A stretch of 64,000 nt of DNA, from positions 19,654,001 to 19,718,000 of the forward strand of contig JBHGNT010000006.1 in NCBI GenBank assembly GCA_043228905.1. The letters are read 5' to 3'. This DNA comes from Azolla caroliniana. Lineage: Eukaryota > Plantae > Polypodiophyta. Below, piece after piece: positions 38,763 through 51,266 of this stretch. A program made the position numbers and the translations under genes. Each line of letters begins with the position of its first letter. Position 1 is the first letter of the stretch. The notes under the pieces are model-generated. The model had not been told where the DNA came from, did no database searches, and worked only from the letters and a program-made list of their open reading frames with translations.

Positions 38763-39789
38763 TTCTGTTTGTTGATTATCTTGTGTATTGTTGTGTATAA
38801 TCTTGTGTATTGTTGATGCCCATAGTCATCTTAGCTCGTTCTCGACGGTGGTTCAGTAGCTTTCACTCTGCTGCAACAAACATAAACTTACAAATGGTGG
38901 GATCACTCCTGTGAATAACCGGTTTACATGTGGTTTAGTAACTAGCTATGTGTCTTTTTTTTGTGGAAATTTACTAATGAATATGTCAAGCCAAATGGAA
39001 GGGGAAGGAGGGTGTTTACCAATACCCCTCATGGATCATCAGGATAGAGATGACGCTATTAGGACACAACAAGAGATACGAAAGTATTTGGCAGAAAAAA
39101 AGAGGAAACATCGTCAATTGTTGAAGGATACGAAAGTCACATAAGGTAAAGATAACATTGGCTGCCGATATAGGTCTGAATACCACTGACAATGGAAGTA
39201 AGGAGACTATTATCATAGAGAGAAAGGTTGTAAACTATTTCAATGTTCAGACCAAGCACATCAATCTTGAAGACATGAACTTTATGGAATATTAAATGAT
39301 CCATCGATAAATGAGTTAGTTGATTTTCATGGTCTTAATGCAAACATAATATCTGTACTAGTAAATAATCTCCGTAATAGTTTCGTATCCATGAGCAGGT
39401 CAGAAGATGATCTTGTCTTAAAAAGGTCTAGTCTAATGATGTTACTTAATAGTGATGTTGACAATCTTAACATCAATGTGCTATCTAAGGTAATTAGTGT
39501 TAGTACAAAAAGTGTGTACAGTACAATGAACCAGATAATTTCAAGTGGTGAAGGAACTAGTCTGCTAAAGCTAACAACAAGATGGAAGCCAATGACACAC
39601 ATAACATCATAAATCAAGGATATAATCACCACATTTTGGACTAATGAGAGTAGGGTTTCACCTAATAAGAAGGATTTATGCTACAAACATGATGGAAGGA
39701 GTCAATACGAGGAGCATCCCATTCATCTTCTTGATGTACCTCAAGTATTTACATTTATCTCAATTTTTGTTTTGATTTTTAAACTTAGT

Positions 39790-40685
39790 TAGTTAGCTAA
39801 TTAGCTACCTCAGAATATGATCATAGCTAACTAGTTATTGGTAATAACTAAATAGCATTTGACAATAGCTAACTTAGTTATTATCAGCTAATTAGCTATC
39901 TCAGAATATGAGCATAGCTAACTAGCTACTGGTAATAGGTAAATAGCTATTGCCAATACTAAACTTAGCTATTGTCAGCTAATTCACTACCGCAATAGCT
40001 AACTAGCTACCTCAGAAGATGACCATAGCTAACAAGTTAGTTAGCTATTATTAGCTAATTAGCTATTGACAATAACTAATTAGCTACTCGCAATAGCTAG
40101 TTAGCTATGTCAAGAGCTAATGGTAGCTAATTAGCTATTGGCAATAGCTAGTTAGCTATGTGAGGAGCTAATTAGCTACTGGCAATAGCTAGTTAGCTAT
40201 GTCAAGAGTTAATTAGTTACTCTTAATAGCTAATTTAATTAGCTACTCTTAATAGCTAATTAGCTATTCGTAGTAGCTAATTAGCTATGTCAAGAGCTAC
40301 TAATGTAGCTAATTAGGTACTGTCAATAGCTAATTAGCCACTCGCAACAACTAGTTAGCTATGTCAAGAGCTAATTAGCTATTAAGGTAGCTAATTAGCT
40401 ACTCGCAACAGCTAGTTAACTATGTTAAGAGCTAAATAGCTACTCACAACAACTAGTTAGCTATGTCAAGAGCTAATTAGCTATTAAGGTAGCTAATTTG
40501 CTATTGTGAATAGCTAATTAGCTAATCTTAATAGCTAATTATCTATTCACAATAGCTAGTTAGCTATGTCAAGAGCTAATTAGCTACTATCAATAGTTAG
40601 TTAGCTACTCTTAATAGCTAATTAGCTACTACGAGAGTATGATCATAGCTAATCATCAGCTACCACACTATAGCTAACTAGCTAC
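39790..40685. repeat. Array of the palindrome TAGCTAATTAGCTA inside the transposase intron
   Basis: Dozens of TAGCTA(A/G)TTAGCTA copies separated by short spacers, lying between the GT donor at 39745 and the AG acceptor at 40733. Confidence 0.93.
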
Positions 40686-40942
40686 ATCAGGGCACATTTT
40701 TGTTACTCACTGGACTCCCTTTTTATTATGCAGGTTGATTTATTTATTAGGTTCAAGCGAATGCATCCAAATATCAAAGTTCAACTACGAACATTCGAGC
40801 CTCTTAAGCCACAGTTTGTGAGATGCTTAAAGGATGGATACACATGTTGTTGCATTTACCATGTACAAATGGGTTTTCTCAAGGACTCTGTTAATCTACT
40901 ACATCACCATAGCTCCTCTCTAGAGGATGTAGTCTGCACTTG

Positions 40943-43900
40943 TGTTGAGTGAGCAAGCTCAACCGGATCCGGATCGGCTGGATAAGCTAGAGCCGAATCG
41001 GTATCCAGATGGTATCTAGAAACAACCGGCCGGATCAAGGAGACGGATCGGAGATCCGGATTCGAGTGCATACCGGAAGCCTAGTAGTAGCCTAAACTAC
41101 TAGGTAATCATTGTCTCGTAGTTTGTGTCAATCACTCATATGAGCATTGGAGTACATAGTACTTCTGTCAGTCCTTTTGAGGACTTGTATAAATAGTGTT
41201 GTTTAGCACGTTGTATGTATAGAGTTACAAAGTGTTTTTATTTTTTGAATCTACGTTTACGTTCTGCTCTCTCTGTCTCTCCCGCATATACTCTCTGTGT
41301 ATTAAGCTTCTCCATTAAACCTTCATCTTATTCTTTGTTGCTATCCGGTCGAGCCGGTTCTGTCTAACGCTTCCGCACGTTAACATTCACATGGTATCAA
41401 AGCGCGAGGGTTGAGAACCTTTGTAGTCGACACTTGCTTTCGTAGACGAACCCTAGAACCCGGTAACAACAGACAGAGAGAAGATATGGACAGAGGAATG
41501 GCGAGTTCACTTCCAATAGAGAAGCTCAACCGGAACAACTACGCGTCCTGGTCATACAAGATGCACCAGTACCTGTTGGGGCATGGATATTGGAGCTTCG
41601 TGGAAGGAACGAACGAGGTAGCACCGGAGCCGACACACGAGGACTTCCCGATATGGGAGCAAGGAGTGAGTCGAGTATTGTATTGCCTCGCGTCTTGTGT
41701 GCAGGACCAGATGCTTGGCTACATAAAGGATGCAAACACGCTGAAAGAGGCCTGGGGAAGTCTGAGGAAGATTGTCGCTGCAAGTACCACAACCCATAAG
41801 TTGCAGCTCTGGCAAGAGCTGAACAACATCCAACAAAGAGACATGTCGGTTATGGACTACACCACAAAGATAAAGGAGACTTGTGACGTGCTTGGGTCCA
41901 TCAACGTGATGGTGGATGAAGATGAGATGGTACAAATCTGCCTCGGTGGTCTAGCGCAAAGGTACGGGCCAAACCGGACAACGATCTGCACCCGCGAGAA
42001 GCCACCAAATTTCTTCGACTTGCAATCGATGCTGATGATCGAAGAAAACCACGTGAGTGGATCGAGAACCACTCAATTGGACGGTCGGATGCTGTACACA
42101 GAGACAGATCGACTCCATGGACGTGGTGGACGAGGTGGGTCGACACGCAATGGAGGCAGTCGGCAAGAGCAGAACTGACAGCAGTTCCAGACCCTCCTCA
42201 AGCAGGGGGAGTCAAAGTGACGCCGGAAGCCAGCAAAGGAAAGCTGACATGGAATGCTGGTACTATGGCAAAAAGGGCGACATGGAGAGCGAGTGTTGGA
42301 AGATGCGCGCCGATTCGGACAAATCCGGATGCGGCAAAACCGGTCGGGAAAATAGGCAAAGCTAGCACTACGTGAAAGGGTGGGAGGGATCTGGAACCGG
42401 GAAAACCAGAAAGGGGCTAGCCTTCGTGATGAGACACAAGGAAAACCCGATGAAGAAGACTACTTCCAAATAGTAGGAAGTATGGTACGTTGATTCCGGT
42501 GCGTCGAACCACATGACGAGCCACAAAGAGTGGTTCTCTTTTCTAGAGAAACCGGATCAACTGGGAGTTGTCGAAACCGGAGAAGACACTCCTCACCCGA
42601 TTGTGCATGTCGGAGAGGTCCCTTTGAGCCATGTCAGACAGAGGGGGAAGCTGATGAGCATATTACACGTTCTGACAATCACAAAGAACCTGGTGTCGGT
42701 TGGACAAATCGTCGACCAAGGGATGCAGGTGTGGTTTACGCACCTCGAGTGCTTCATCAAGGAAGAGGGCCAGAGATGGGAGGATGTTCATCCTCGACAC
42801 AAATCAAGTCGGCACCTCCTTGTTTGCCGAAGGACAAAAGATTGAATTGGACATAGATCTCTGGCACAAGCGGATCGGCCACGTCAATTATCGGAGGCTT
42901 CAAGACCTACAATCGAAACAAGTCATTTTCGGTTTGCCGAAATTTAGCGGCGAGAAGGCTGATATTTGTGAATCCTGCCAACTCGGGAAGCAACACCGGC
43001 TTCCATTCCCCACCGAACGAAACCGGAGCCGTAACAAGCTTGATCTAATACATTTAGATGTATGGGGATCGACACAGAACGTTAGTCTTGTCAGGAGTCG
43101 ATACTTCATCTCCTTCATCGACGTCTATCTACCTCATCGAACGGAAGAGCGAAGTCTTCGAATGTTTCCAAATCTTGCAAAGCTTAGTTGAACGGGAAAC
43201 GGAGAGGAAGATCAAGTGCTTGTGGTCGGATGGCGGAAAAGAATACTTTTCCGGCCAATTCAAGAGTTATCTACAGTAGAGCGGAATTCGAAGAGAATTC
43301 ACCTGCCGATACACACCGGAACAAAATGGTGTGGCCGAGAGGAAGAACCAATCGATTGTCGATGCGATGAGGGCAATGCTGGAGGAGAAGAGCATGCCCA
43401 AATTCTACTGGGCTGAGGCGCTCCGGACGGTCGTCTACATCCAAAACCGGATCGATGACAAGGTGTCAACATACGAGCTGTATTTCGGGCACAAGCCAAA
43501 TTTGAGACACCTTCGGATATTCGGCAACATAGCATATGTGCATGTACCGGATGAGAAGCGGAGGAAGCTTGATCCAAAGTCGGAGAAGTGCATCCTGGTC
43601 AATTACTCGCATGAGCAGAAGGGGTAAAAGTGCTATAACCCCCGGATGAAGCAGGTTCGAGTAAGTCAAGATGTTGAGTTCGACGAGACAACATCGTGGT
43701 ACTCTCTACCGACTCCGACTTTCGACTCCGACCCAATATCGGAGGATGAGACCAGTGAGCTTGAACCGGTCTAGATAGAAGATGAGGAGCTTGAGACTCT
43801 AGAAGAGAGTCCGGAATCATTTCGGTTGAGCAGCCCGAACAAGCGACTGGGTCAAAATGACCAGTCGGATGAGGAACCGACGAGTAGTGGAGACTCTGCT

Positions 43901-46487
43901 GTGCTCTCCCCACGCAAGGAACCCAGGAGACGGTTCATGCACAAAGAGAAAGGGAAGCAAAAAATGTCGGAATACGAAACCGACAACGTTGAGTCGGATC
44001 GAAGCGAATCCGACTCCGGAAAGGATAAAGGCGGATCTTCGGGAATGAAGTCCGAACCGGCCACGAAGGGCCCCAAACCGGGTGATGACAAGTTACGCCG
44101 GTCTTCTCGCCAGAAGAACCCCATTATACTGTACGGGTACAATGAGTACATGGCACATCACTATGCGTACATGACCAAAGTGGCGGAAGTGCGTGAGCCA
44201 GAGAGCTACGCAGAAGCGACAAAGGACGCAAATTGGCGTGTCGTTATGGAAGAAGAAATGTGGGCACTCGATGGCAATGACACATGGAACCTCGTTGACC
44301 ATCCCCAACACTTAAACCGATCGGTTGCAAATGGGTGTACAAGGTAAAGTACAATGCCGACGGTACATTTAACTGGTACAAGGCCCAATTAATGGCGAAG
44401 GGATATGCACAGACCCACGGAATCAACTACGACGAGACCTTCGCTCCGGTAGTGAAGATGACGACGGTTCGTGTGGTACTAGCGGTTGCTGCAGTAGGGG
44501 GCTGGCATCTTCACCAGATGGACGTGAAGAATGCGTTTCTTCAAGGTGACCTTGACGAACGGGCCTATATGATCCAACCTCCTGGTTTTTAGGTGGAGAT
44601 GAACAAGTCGGAAGTGTGTCGGCTTAAGAAGTCGCTTTATGATCTGAAACAAGCCCCCCCGAGCTTGGAATGCAAAGATCACGCACCGGTTGCGTAAGAT
44701 GGGGTTTGTGACCTCTAAATCTGACTCAACGTTGTTCATCCAGCAAGGTCCGGACGGTCCGGTTTGCATCTTACTTTATGTAGATGATTTAGTCATCACC
44801 GAACTCGGACTCAATGAAATCGGTTGTGTCAAGGCCCAGCTGTCGAATGCATTTGAGATGAAGGACCTAGGGAACCTTCATTATTTCCTTGGGATCGAGT
44901 TGATCCGAACCCCTGATGGCATATTGCTCTCACAATGACACTATGTGTTGAATATATCGTACAAGTTCGGCATGGCGGAATGCCGACTTGTGTCCACACC
45001 CTTGGACCGGAACCAGAAGCTCCGTCCCAACTCCAAACCGGCCTGCGATGAGCAACGGTTCCGACAAATAGTCAGAAGCCTGATATACTTGACAATCACC
45101 CGACCCGATATCAGTTATCCAATCAGTGTGATCAACAAATTCATGCAGAAGCCAATCGTGGAGCAACTTTAGTGCACGTGCATCGAATATTGCGGTATGT
45201 GCGCAACACGAAGGACCAGGGACTGTTATACCGGCATGGTATAACTAAAGCGCTAGTCGGATACACAGATGCCGATTGGGCTGGTGATGCATCGGATCGC
45301 CGATCCACCTTCGGGTACATGTTTTCCCTTGGTAGCGCCATTGTTGCGTGGAGCAGCAAAAAGTAGCGAATAGTGGCTCTGTTGAGTACTGAGGCTAAAT
45401 ACCGGGGTGCTACCAATGCCACCTGTGAAGCCATCTGGCTTCGGCAACTGCTGCGAGATCTCCGGATCGAGGTGCCGACCCCGACCCTAAACTACTACGA
45501 CAACATAAGCAGCATACAACTCACCAAGAACCTCGTATTCCATGCTCGAACAAAGCACATAGAAGTGCATTATCACTTCGTGCGTGAGCGGGTCCTGAGC
45601 AATGAAGTCGAACTCCGATATGTTCAGACGGATCGGCAAGTTGCCGACATCTTCACCAAACCGCTTGGATCGGACAAGTTGCAACACTTCACCGAAATGC
45701 TTGGTGTTCAACATCTTGACGTGTCGCACTTGAGGGGGAGAATGGGCAAAGGCAAAGAAATCGGTGCCATAACGGGCAAAGGCAAAGAAACCGCTGACGG
45801 CACTGGACAAGGAACCGGAAAGGGAAGAACCAACAAAGGGGGAGACAAGAGGAAAAAGGAAGTTGAGTCGACGAAGGAAGAACCAGAAGGGTCACAGCAA
45901 ACAGAACCAGACCAGACGAGGAGCGTGAGCAAGGCAGAACGATGTTAGAAGGAGTCGAGTGGAAGGATCAGCTACCATAGACACCAACACCACGATCCGA
46001 CCTCAAGTTGAGCTTGAGGGGGAGTGTTGAGCGAGCAAGCTCAGCCGGATTTGGATCGACTGAATAAGCTAGAGCCGGATCAACATCTAGAAGGATGCGC
46101 TGGATCGTTATCCGGAAACAACCGGCCGGATCGGGGAAATGGATCGGAGAGCCGGATTCGAGTGCGAACTAGAAGCCTAGTAGTAGCCTAGACTACTAGG
46201 TAATCATTGTCTCGTAGTTAGTGTCAGTCGCTCGTATGAGCATTGAAGTACATAGTACTTATGTCAGTCCTTTTGAGGACTTGTATAAATAGTGATGTTT
46301 AGCACGTTGTATGTATAGAGTTACAGAGTGTTTTTATTTTTTGAATCTATGTTTACGTTCTGCTCTCTCAGTCTCTCCCGCGTATACTCTCTGTGTATTA
46401 AGCTTCTCCATTAAACCTTCATCTTATTCTCTGTTGCTATCCGGTTGAGCCGGTTCTGTCTAACGCTTCCGCACGTTAATATTCACA
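40943..46487 (+). mobile_element. Full-length decayed Ty1/copia LTR retrotransposon
   Basis: LTRs at 40943-41391 and 46025-46487. TSD ACTTG at 40938-40942 and 46488-46492. PBS TGGTATCAAAGC at 41392 and PPT GAGGGGGAG before 46025. Gag, protease (WYVDSGASNH), integrase, RT and RNase H carry many stops. Confidence 0.97.
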
Positions 46488-47636
46488 ACTTGTGAGTGCT
46501 CAATTTGTCGATCTAGCTTGCAAGAGGATTGTAAATCATCAAAGCATGTTATCTCTTCTATGAGTGGTCTTTTAGATTCAGTATTGTGTCTGAGAGAATC
46601 TGAGGCTATCTTCCATAGTCATAAATGTGTCATTGGTTTATGTCAAGATTGTGGCCCTAGTAGATTTAGGTGGTGTCCAAAAGAGTTGAGTAGTGAAATT
46701 TTAATCTCTGTCAAGTTATTTGAGTCTGTGGACACCAATTTCAAAGGAAAGGTGTGTAAAAGAAAGGATCTAGTTAGGAAGTCGCTTAAACCAAGGGATT
46801 TGGCGTCTCTATTTGTAGTATCTCTAGGAAAGTTCATTAAACGCAACTTCATTTATTCATGGAAGGCCCATCAGTTTAAGACTTGCATATCTGATTTTCC
46901 AAATGATGTAGTAGTCTCAATAGTAGATTTCGTAGAGAATTATACTTTCAAGTAGCAGAATGAAATTCAATCCATGCATTGGTGTTCAGTGCAAGTAACC
47001 ATGGAATTTGTAGCTACAAGGAGATCATACCAGTTTTCTTGTAAAGTGGACAAAGTAGTTGTATTGCAAAAAAACAGTTTAATAAAATCATTTGGGAGAT
47101 TGCCTTCTTCCTGATATATAATTTTCTTTCTGTTCTTGTTTGTTAATAAAATCATTTGGGAGTCTTCTTTTTGATATACAGTCTTATTTATGTTCTTCTT
47201 TCTTAATAAAATAATGTTTGTTTAATAAAAAACAGTTTAATAAAATTGTATGTCTTTTTATATACAGTCTTCTTTGTGTTCTTCTATCATAAAGAAAAGT
47301 TTAATAAATTCGTTTGGGAGTGTTCTTTCTGTTCTTGTTTCTTAATAAAATCGGCTCTGTTAAATGTATATTGATTGTCAGTTTTACTTATTACGACTTT
47401 CAGTTTTGATTTGTTCAATGTGCATAATGACAATTATACTATTTGGACTACATTTTGGCAATGGTTTTTTTACTCTCAAGTGAACCATGTACAAATTCAA
47501 ATAGTTTGTCATTCTGAGAACAACCAGCAGCATGAAATCAGAAATCAATGACCTATTTTAAAATTACATAGTAGATTTTTTACTCAAAACAAACGATTTC
47601 ATTCTTCATTGATTAATCTGTCATCAAATTACATAT

Positions 47637-49430
47637 TTATAATACACCATTGGCAATGTCTACAAAGCGCCTATAAATAGCTAAGCTCTTGCTGGTCAAT
47701 GGAACTTCTCTGCATATGTGATCTGCATACCGAGCTCGGTATGGTGTCCACAACCATGTAGTCAATTGGCAGCTCAATGTTTTCACCAAGTAATTATCAA
47801 GAATTTTGTCAAGCACAATGAGACAACATCTGCAAATGTTGTAGTAATGCCAGAAATGTTTTGTATCCACAATCAACGTTTTGTCGGCATTATATTCAGA
47901 CCAGGTATGCCGAAAATTAGAAAGTCTTTTGAATCTTGCAATATCCTGCTATTCACATCTTTCTCGTGTCCACTGACCCTTGAAGTGTTGTCGCCACTTT
48001 GGGAAGAATCTTTCTACACACATCTGAACGTGGTTTTTCACTCCAAATAAACAAATCAAACTATTGCACAACCCACTCTAGAAATTGATTCATGTCCCTC
48101 CTTGGTGTCATATATCACACACTCATCAAGACTTTATCAAGCTCCAAGATCAAAGCTCTTCTTTCGTCTTCAAATGGTTTAGGTTTCCATTCCTGCAATT
48201 GAGCCTCTGTTACACCAAGTATTGGTAGCACACAATCAATTTCAATCAACTCAGGTTCTGTCGACACAATTGGTGTCCTTTTCCTCTTCAAACCCCTGGT
48301 CGACTGTGTCTTTGGGTTTGACTTCACCTTGTTTTGCTCTTGTGCAGTCATTGGGCCTGGCTTCACACTATTTTTCCATTGTATAGTCGATTGTGTTATC
48401 AGTCCTGCCATTACCTCTGTGCATGTCGATACTTCTCTAGTCGGTATTAGCCCACTGGTATCACATGCTGCATCTACCTGCAAAATCAGATCATTTGTGC
48501 AACATGCTGCATCTACTTGCGTGACCAAATCATTTGTGTTAGTTGCTACATCTACTTTCAAGATGGGGCCCTCTAAACACGCAGCAACATCAATAGTTTC
48601 CACACTACCATCGGCCTTAGGAGCAATAGATTCAAACCCTTTAGACTCTGCACATCAAAAAACACCAACATATTCACACTCACAAAGTAGCTAACAGTCT
48701 CACTAAACAGCATAATGAACATGAAATATTCTGCAACAAAATAATATTATTATCTTAAAATCCATCATAGAGTTCCATTACATAATGTGGATCAAACAAC
48801 AACCAATCTGAGGTTTTACTTGTCCAAATAGACCATAGGCCATCTTCATAATTTTCCAGGAAAATAGCTAATAGTCATATCCCACTAATCAGTAATTGCT
48901 AGTAATTAGCTCCAATTCAAGAGCCCCTTGATCGGGTAACTGGTCTTGTCCCCAATCATGGCCCCTTCTTCATGAATTTTCTAGCCGGTTGCCCATTTAG
49001 CCTTGTTTCTTTCACCCATTGCGCAAGTGTGTCCTCCTCTGACAACCTTTCCATCGCCTCAAAAACGGCTTGCACGTTAGCTGCATCTTGCGCTAGCTTT
49101 TCAAGTACAGTGAGATCTGGTGGGACATCATCAACAATCGGGCTTGGTGGGGTTGAATCAAGGTTTTGGGCTTCGAAGAAATGTTGCATCAAGTGTTCAA
49201 AAACATTGTTGTTATGAACCTTAGATTTACATGTTGTTTCCAATATTTCATGGCTTTTCACAACGTTGCTTAATTCAGTACAATCTTCCAAAAGAATAGG
49301 GTAGAGCTGATCTGAAAGAGATGTGATAGCAGGACTCTTACTTTTAGCCACGTTGCCAGCTATCTCCTCATCGGTTGTCACGTCATCGACACCGGACACC
49401 TCATGCAACCTCCTTAATCCACGAGATTCT
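47637..49430 (-). pseudogene. Multi-exon gene ending in an FCP1/NIF (HAD-like CTD phosphatase-type) domain, decayed
   Basis: Manual minus-strand translation of 48170 to 47637: RRALILELDKVL..PRRDMNQFLEWVVQ*FDLFIWS..WTRERC..FKRLSNF..YNADKTLIVDT, which is the NIF motif order. Upstream acidic ORFs at 48115-48603 and 48956-49408. Confidence 0.7.
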
Positions 49431-49439
49431 ACAACAACA

Positions 49440-50400
49440 TGTTAGCTAATTAGCGGCTTCTCTTGTGTTTTTCTATGACCTTAGTTGAATACTAAACATG
49501 ATAGCTAATTAGCTACATGGTAGGTAATTAGCGGCCACTCTTGATACTGCTCGATACTGCTACATCCTAGCTAATTAGCTACTAATTAGCTAAGTAAGTT
49601 AATTAGCTATTCTTCCTAACAATGGCAGTAGCTAATTAGCTATTCTTCTTTAGTATGGTAGTAGCTAAATAGCTATTCTTCTTAACTATGGCAATAGCTA
49701 ATTAGCTATCACTCTTGATACTCCTTAGCTAATTAACTACATCCTAGCTAATTAGCTGCTAGACTATAGGTTGGCAGTAGCTAATTAGCTACATCTTAGC
49801 TAAATAGTTATTCTTCTTAACTATGGTCGTAGATAATTAGCTATCACTCTTGATACTACTTAGCTAAATAGATATTCTTCTTAACTATGCCTAAATAACT
49901 ACATCATAGCTAATTAGCTATTCTACATAAATATAGTAGTAGCTAATTAGCTACTACACTATAGGCTAGCAGCAGCTAATTAGCTATTCCACTTAAGAAT
50001 GGTAGTAGCTAATTAGGTAAGTGGTAGCTAAATAGTTACATTGTAGCTAATTAGCTACTACACTATAGGTTGGAGTAGCTAATAATCTACTCCACTATAG
50101 GCTAGCAGCAGCGAATTAGCTATTCTACTTAAGTATGGTAGTAGCTAATTAGGTAAGTGGTAGCTAATTAGCTAAGCACTATAAGGTTGGCAATAGCTAA
50201 TTAGCTACCACTTACCTAATTAGCTACATCTTAGCTAATTAGCTATTCTTCTTAATTATTGCAATAGCTAATTAGCTACATTGTAGCTAATTAACTACTA
50301 CAATATAGGCTGGCAGCAACTAATTAGCTATTCTACTTAACTATGGTAGTAGCTAGTTAGCTAAGTGGTAGCTAATTAGCTACTCCACTATGGCTAATGT
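49440..50400. repeat. Second TAGCTAATTAGCTA palindrome array
   Basis: Same unit as 39790-40685, immediately upstream of the NIF gene. Confidence 0.93.
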
Positions 50401-51266
50401 ACGAGTTACTGGGCTCAAGGAAGCGGCATCTCCTGACTAAGATGCACAAACATTAGGGAAAATGTTGGGGTATGAAGCCCTATCAATCACTGAAACTTGG
50501 AGGGTAGGACGCAACACCACTAGGAAAAGAGCTTTGGTCCTTCAGTTTAAGGACTCAAAATCTAGAATCACATTTTTTAAAAAGAGACCAATTCTTTGAG
50601 GATTGGGCAGGAACCCTATCTACCTCGATGAAAACCTGACGGCGTGTGGCCCATGTGACAGACAATAAACTTAGGATGACTTTATGGAACTGTAACGGTG
50701 CACTTTGGACACACCCTGGCCATCTAGAGGAGATTTTGAAGGTATCTGACATACTTTTTTTAGTAGAAACACATCAAAGCCCAAATCGAGGACTGCCACA
50801 AGTTGACGGTTTTCGTTGGGAATCTGTCTTCAGACAAACCTCGCGTCGACATACTACTAGAGGGTCTGGAGGGTTTGCGATACTATCTCGGAGAGAGATA
50901 CATAATAGGATAGAAATACTAAAGAAAGACCCAGAAGCCCGTTTTATGTGGGTGAAAGTCCTCACTAACAAGGATCACGCAATATTTATCACCGTGTGTT
51001 ACTTCCCCCCGAAAGGATCCCGATATAATATGGCTGGAGAGGCAAATATAGTTGATGAAGGAATGCTGCATGGGCCTTCTCCATACAAACCTTTATCGGA
51101 TGACATAATCCGATATTCTTCTCAAGGGGAAGTCTTCCTTGTAGGAGATTTCAATGCGAGAACCCAATCTCGACAATGCACAATCTTTCAGATGGATAGA
51201 AACCTCGAAATGGTGAATGTCGACCCTTTAGACTTAGACATAATGTGTACATCACAGGATCAAGGT
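50400..51266 (+). mobile_element. LINE fragment (ORF1 C-terminus and ORF2 AP endonuclease), cut by a copia LTR
   Basis: ORF1 tail WRVGR..RALVLQF..IYLDENLT. ORF 50646-51272 has LWNCNG, DILFLVETH, RGSGG, CYFPP and GDFNART. Confidence 0.8.

Larger units (their letters stand above)
38979..46999 (+). pseudogene. Sola2-like DNA-transposon transposase; intron-containing, split by copia, 3'-truncated
   Basis: Exon 1 ends FWTNESRVSPNKKD...LLDVPQ. A phase-0 GT..AG intron spans 39745-40733. Exon 2 reads FKRMHPNIKV..FEPLKPQFV..TCCCIYH. Removing the copia and one TSD restores CTCECSIC in frame with ORF 46518-46955 (CVIGLCQDCG ... VDFVENYTFK*QNEIQSMHW..QVT). The Sola2 label rests on recalled motifs. Confidence 0.7.
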
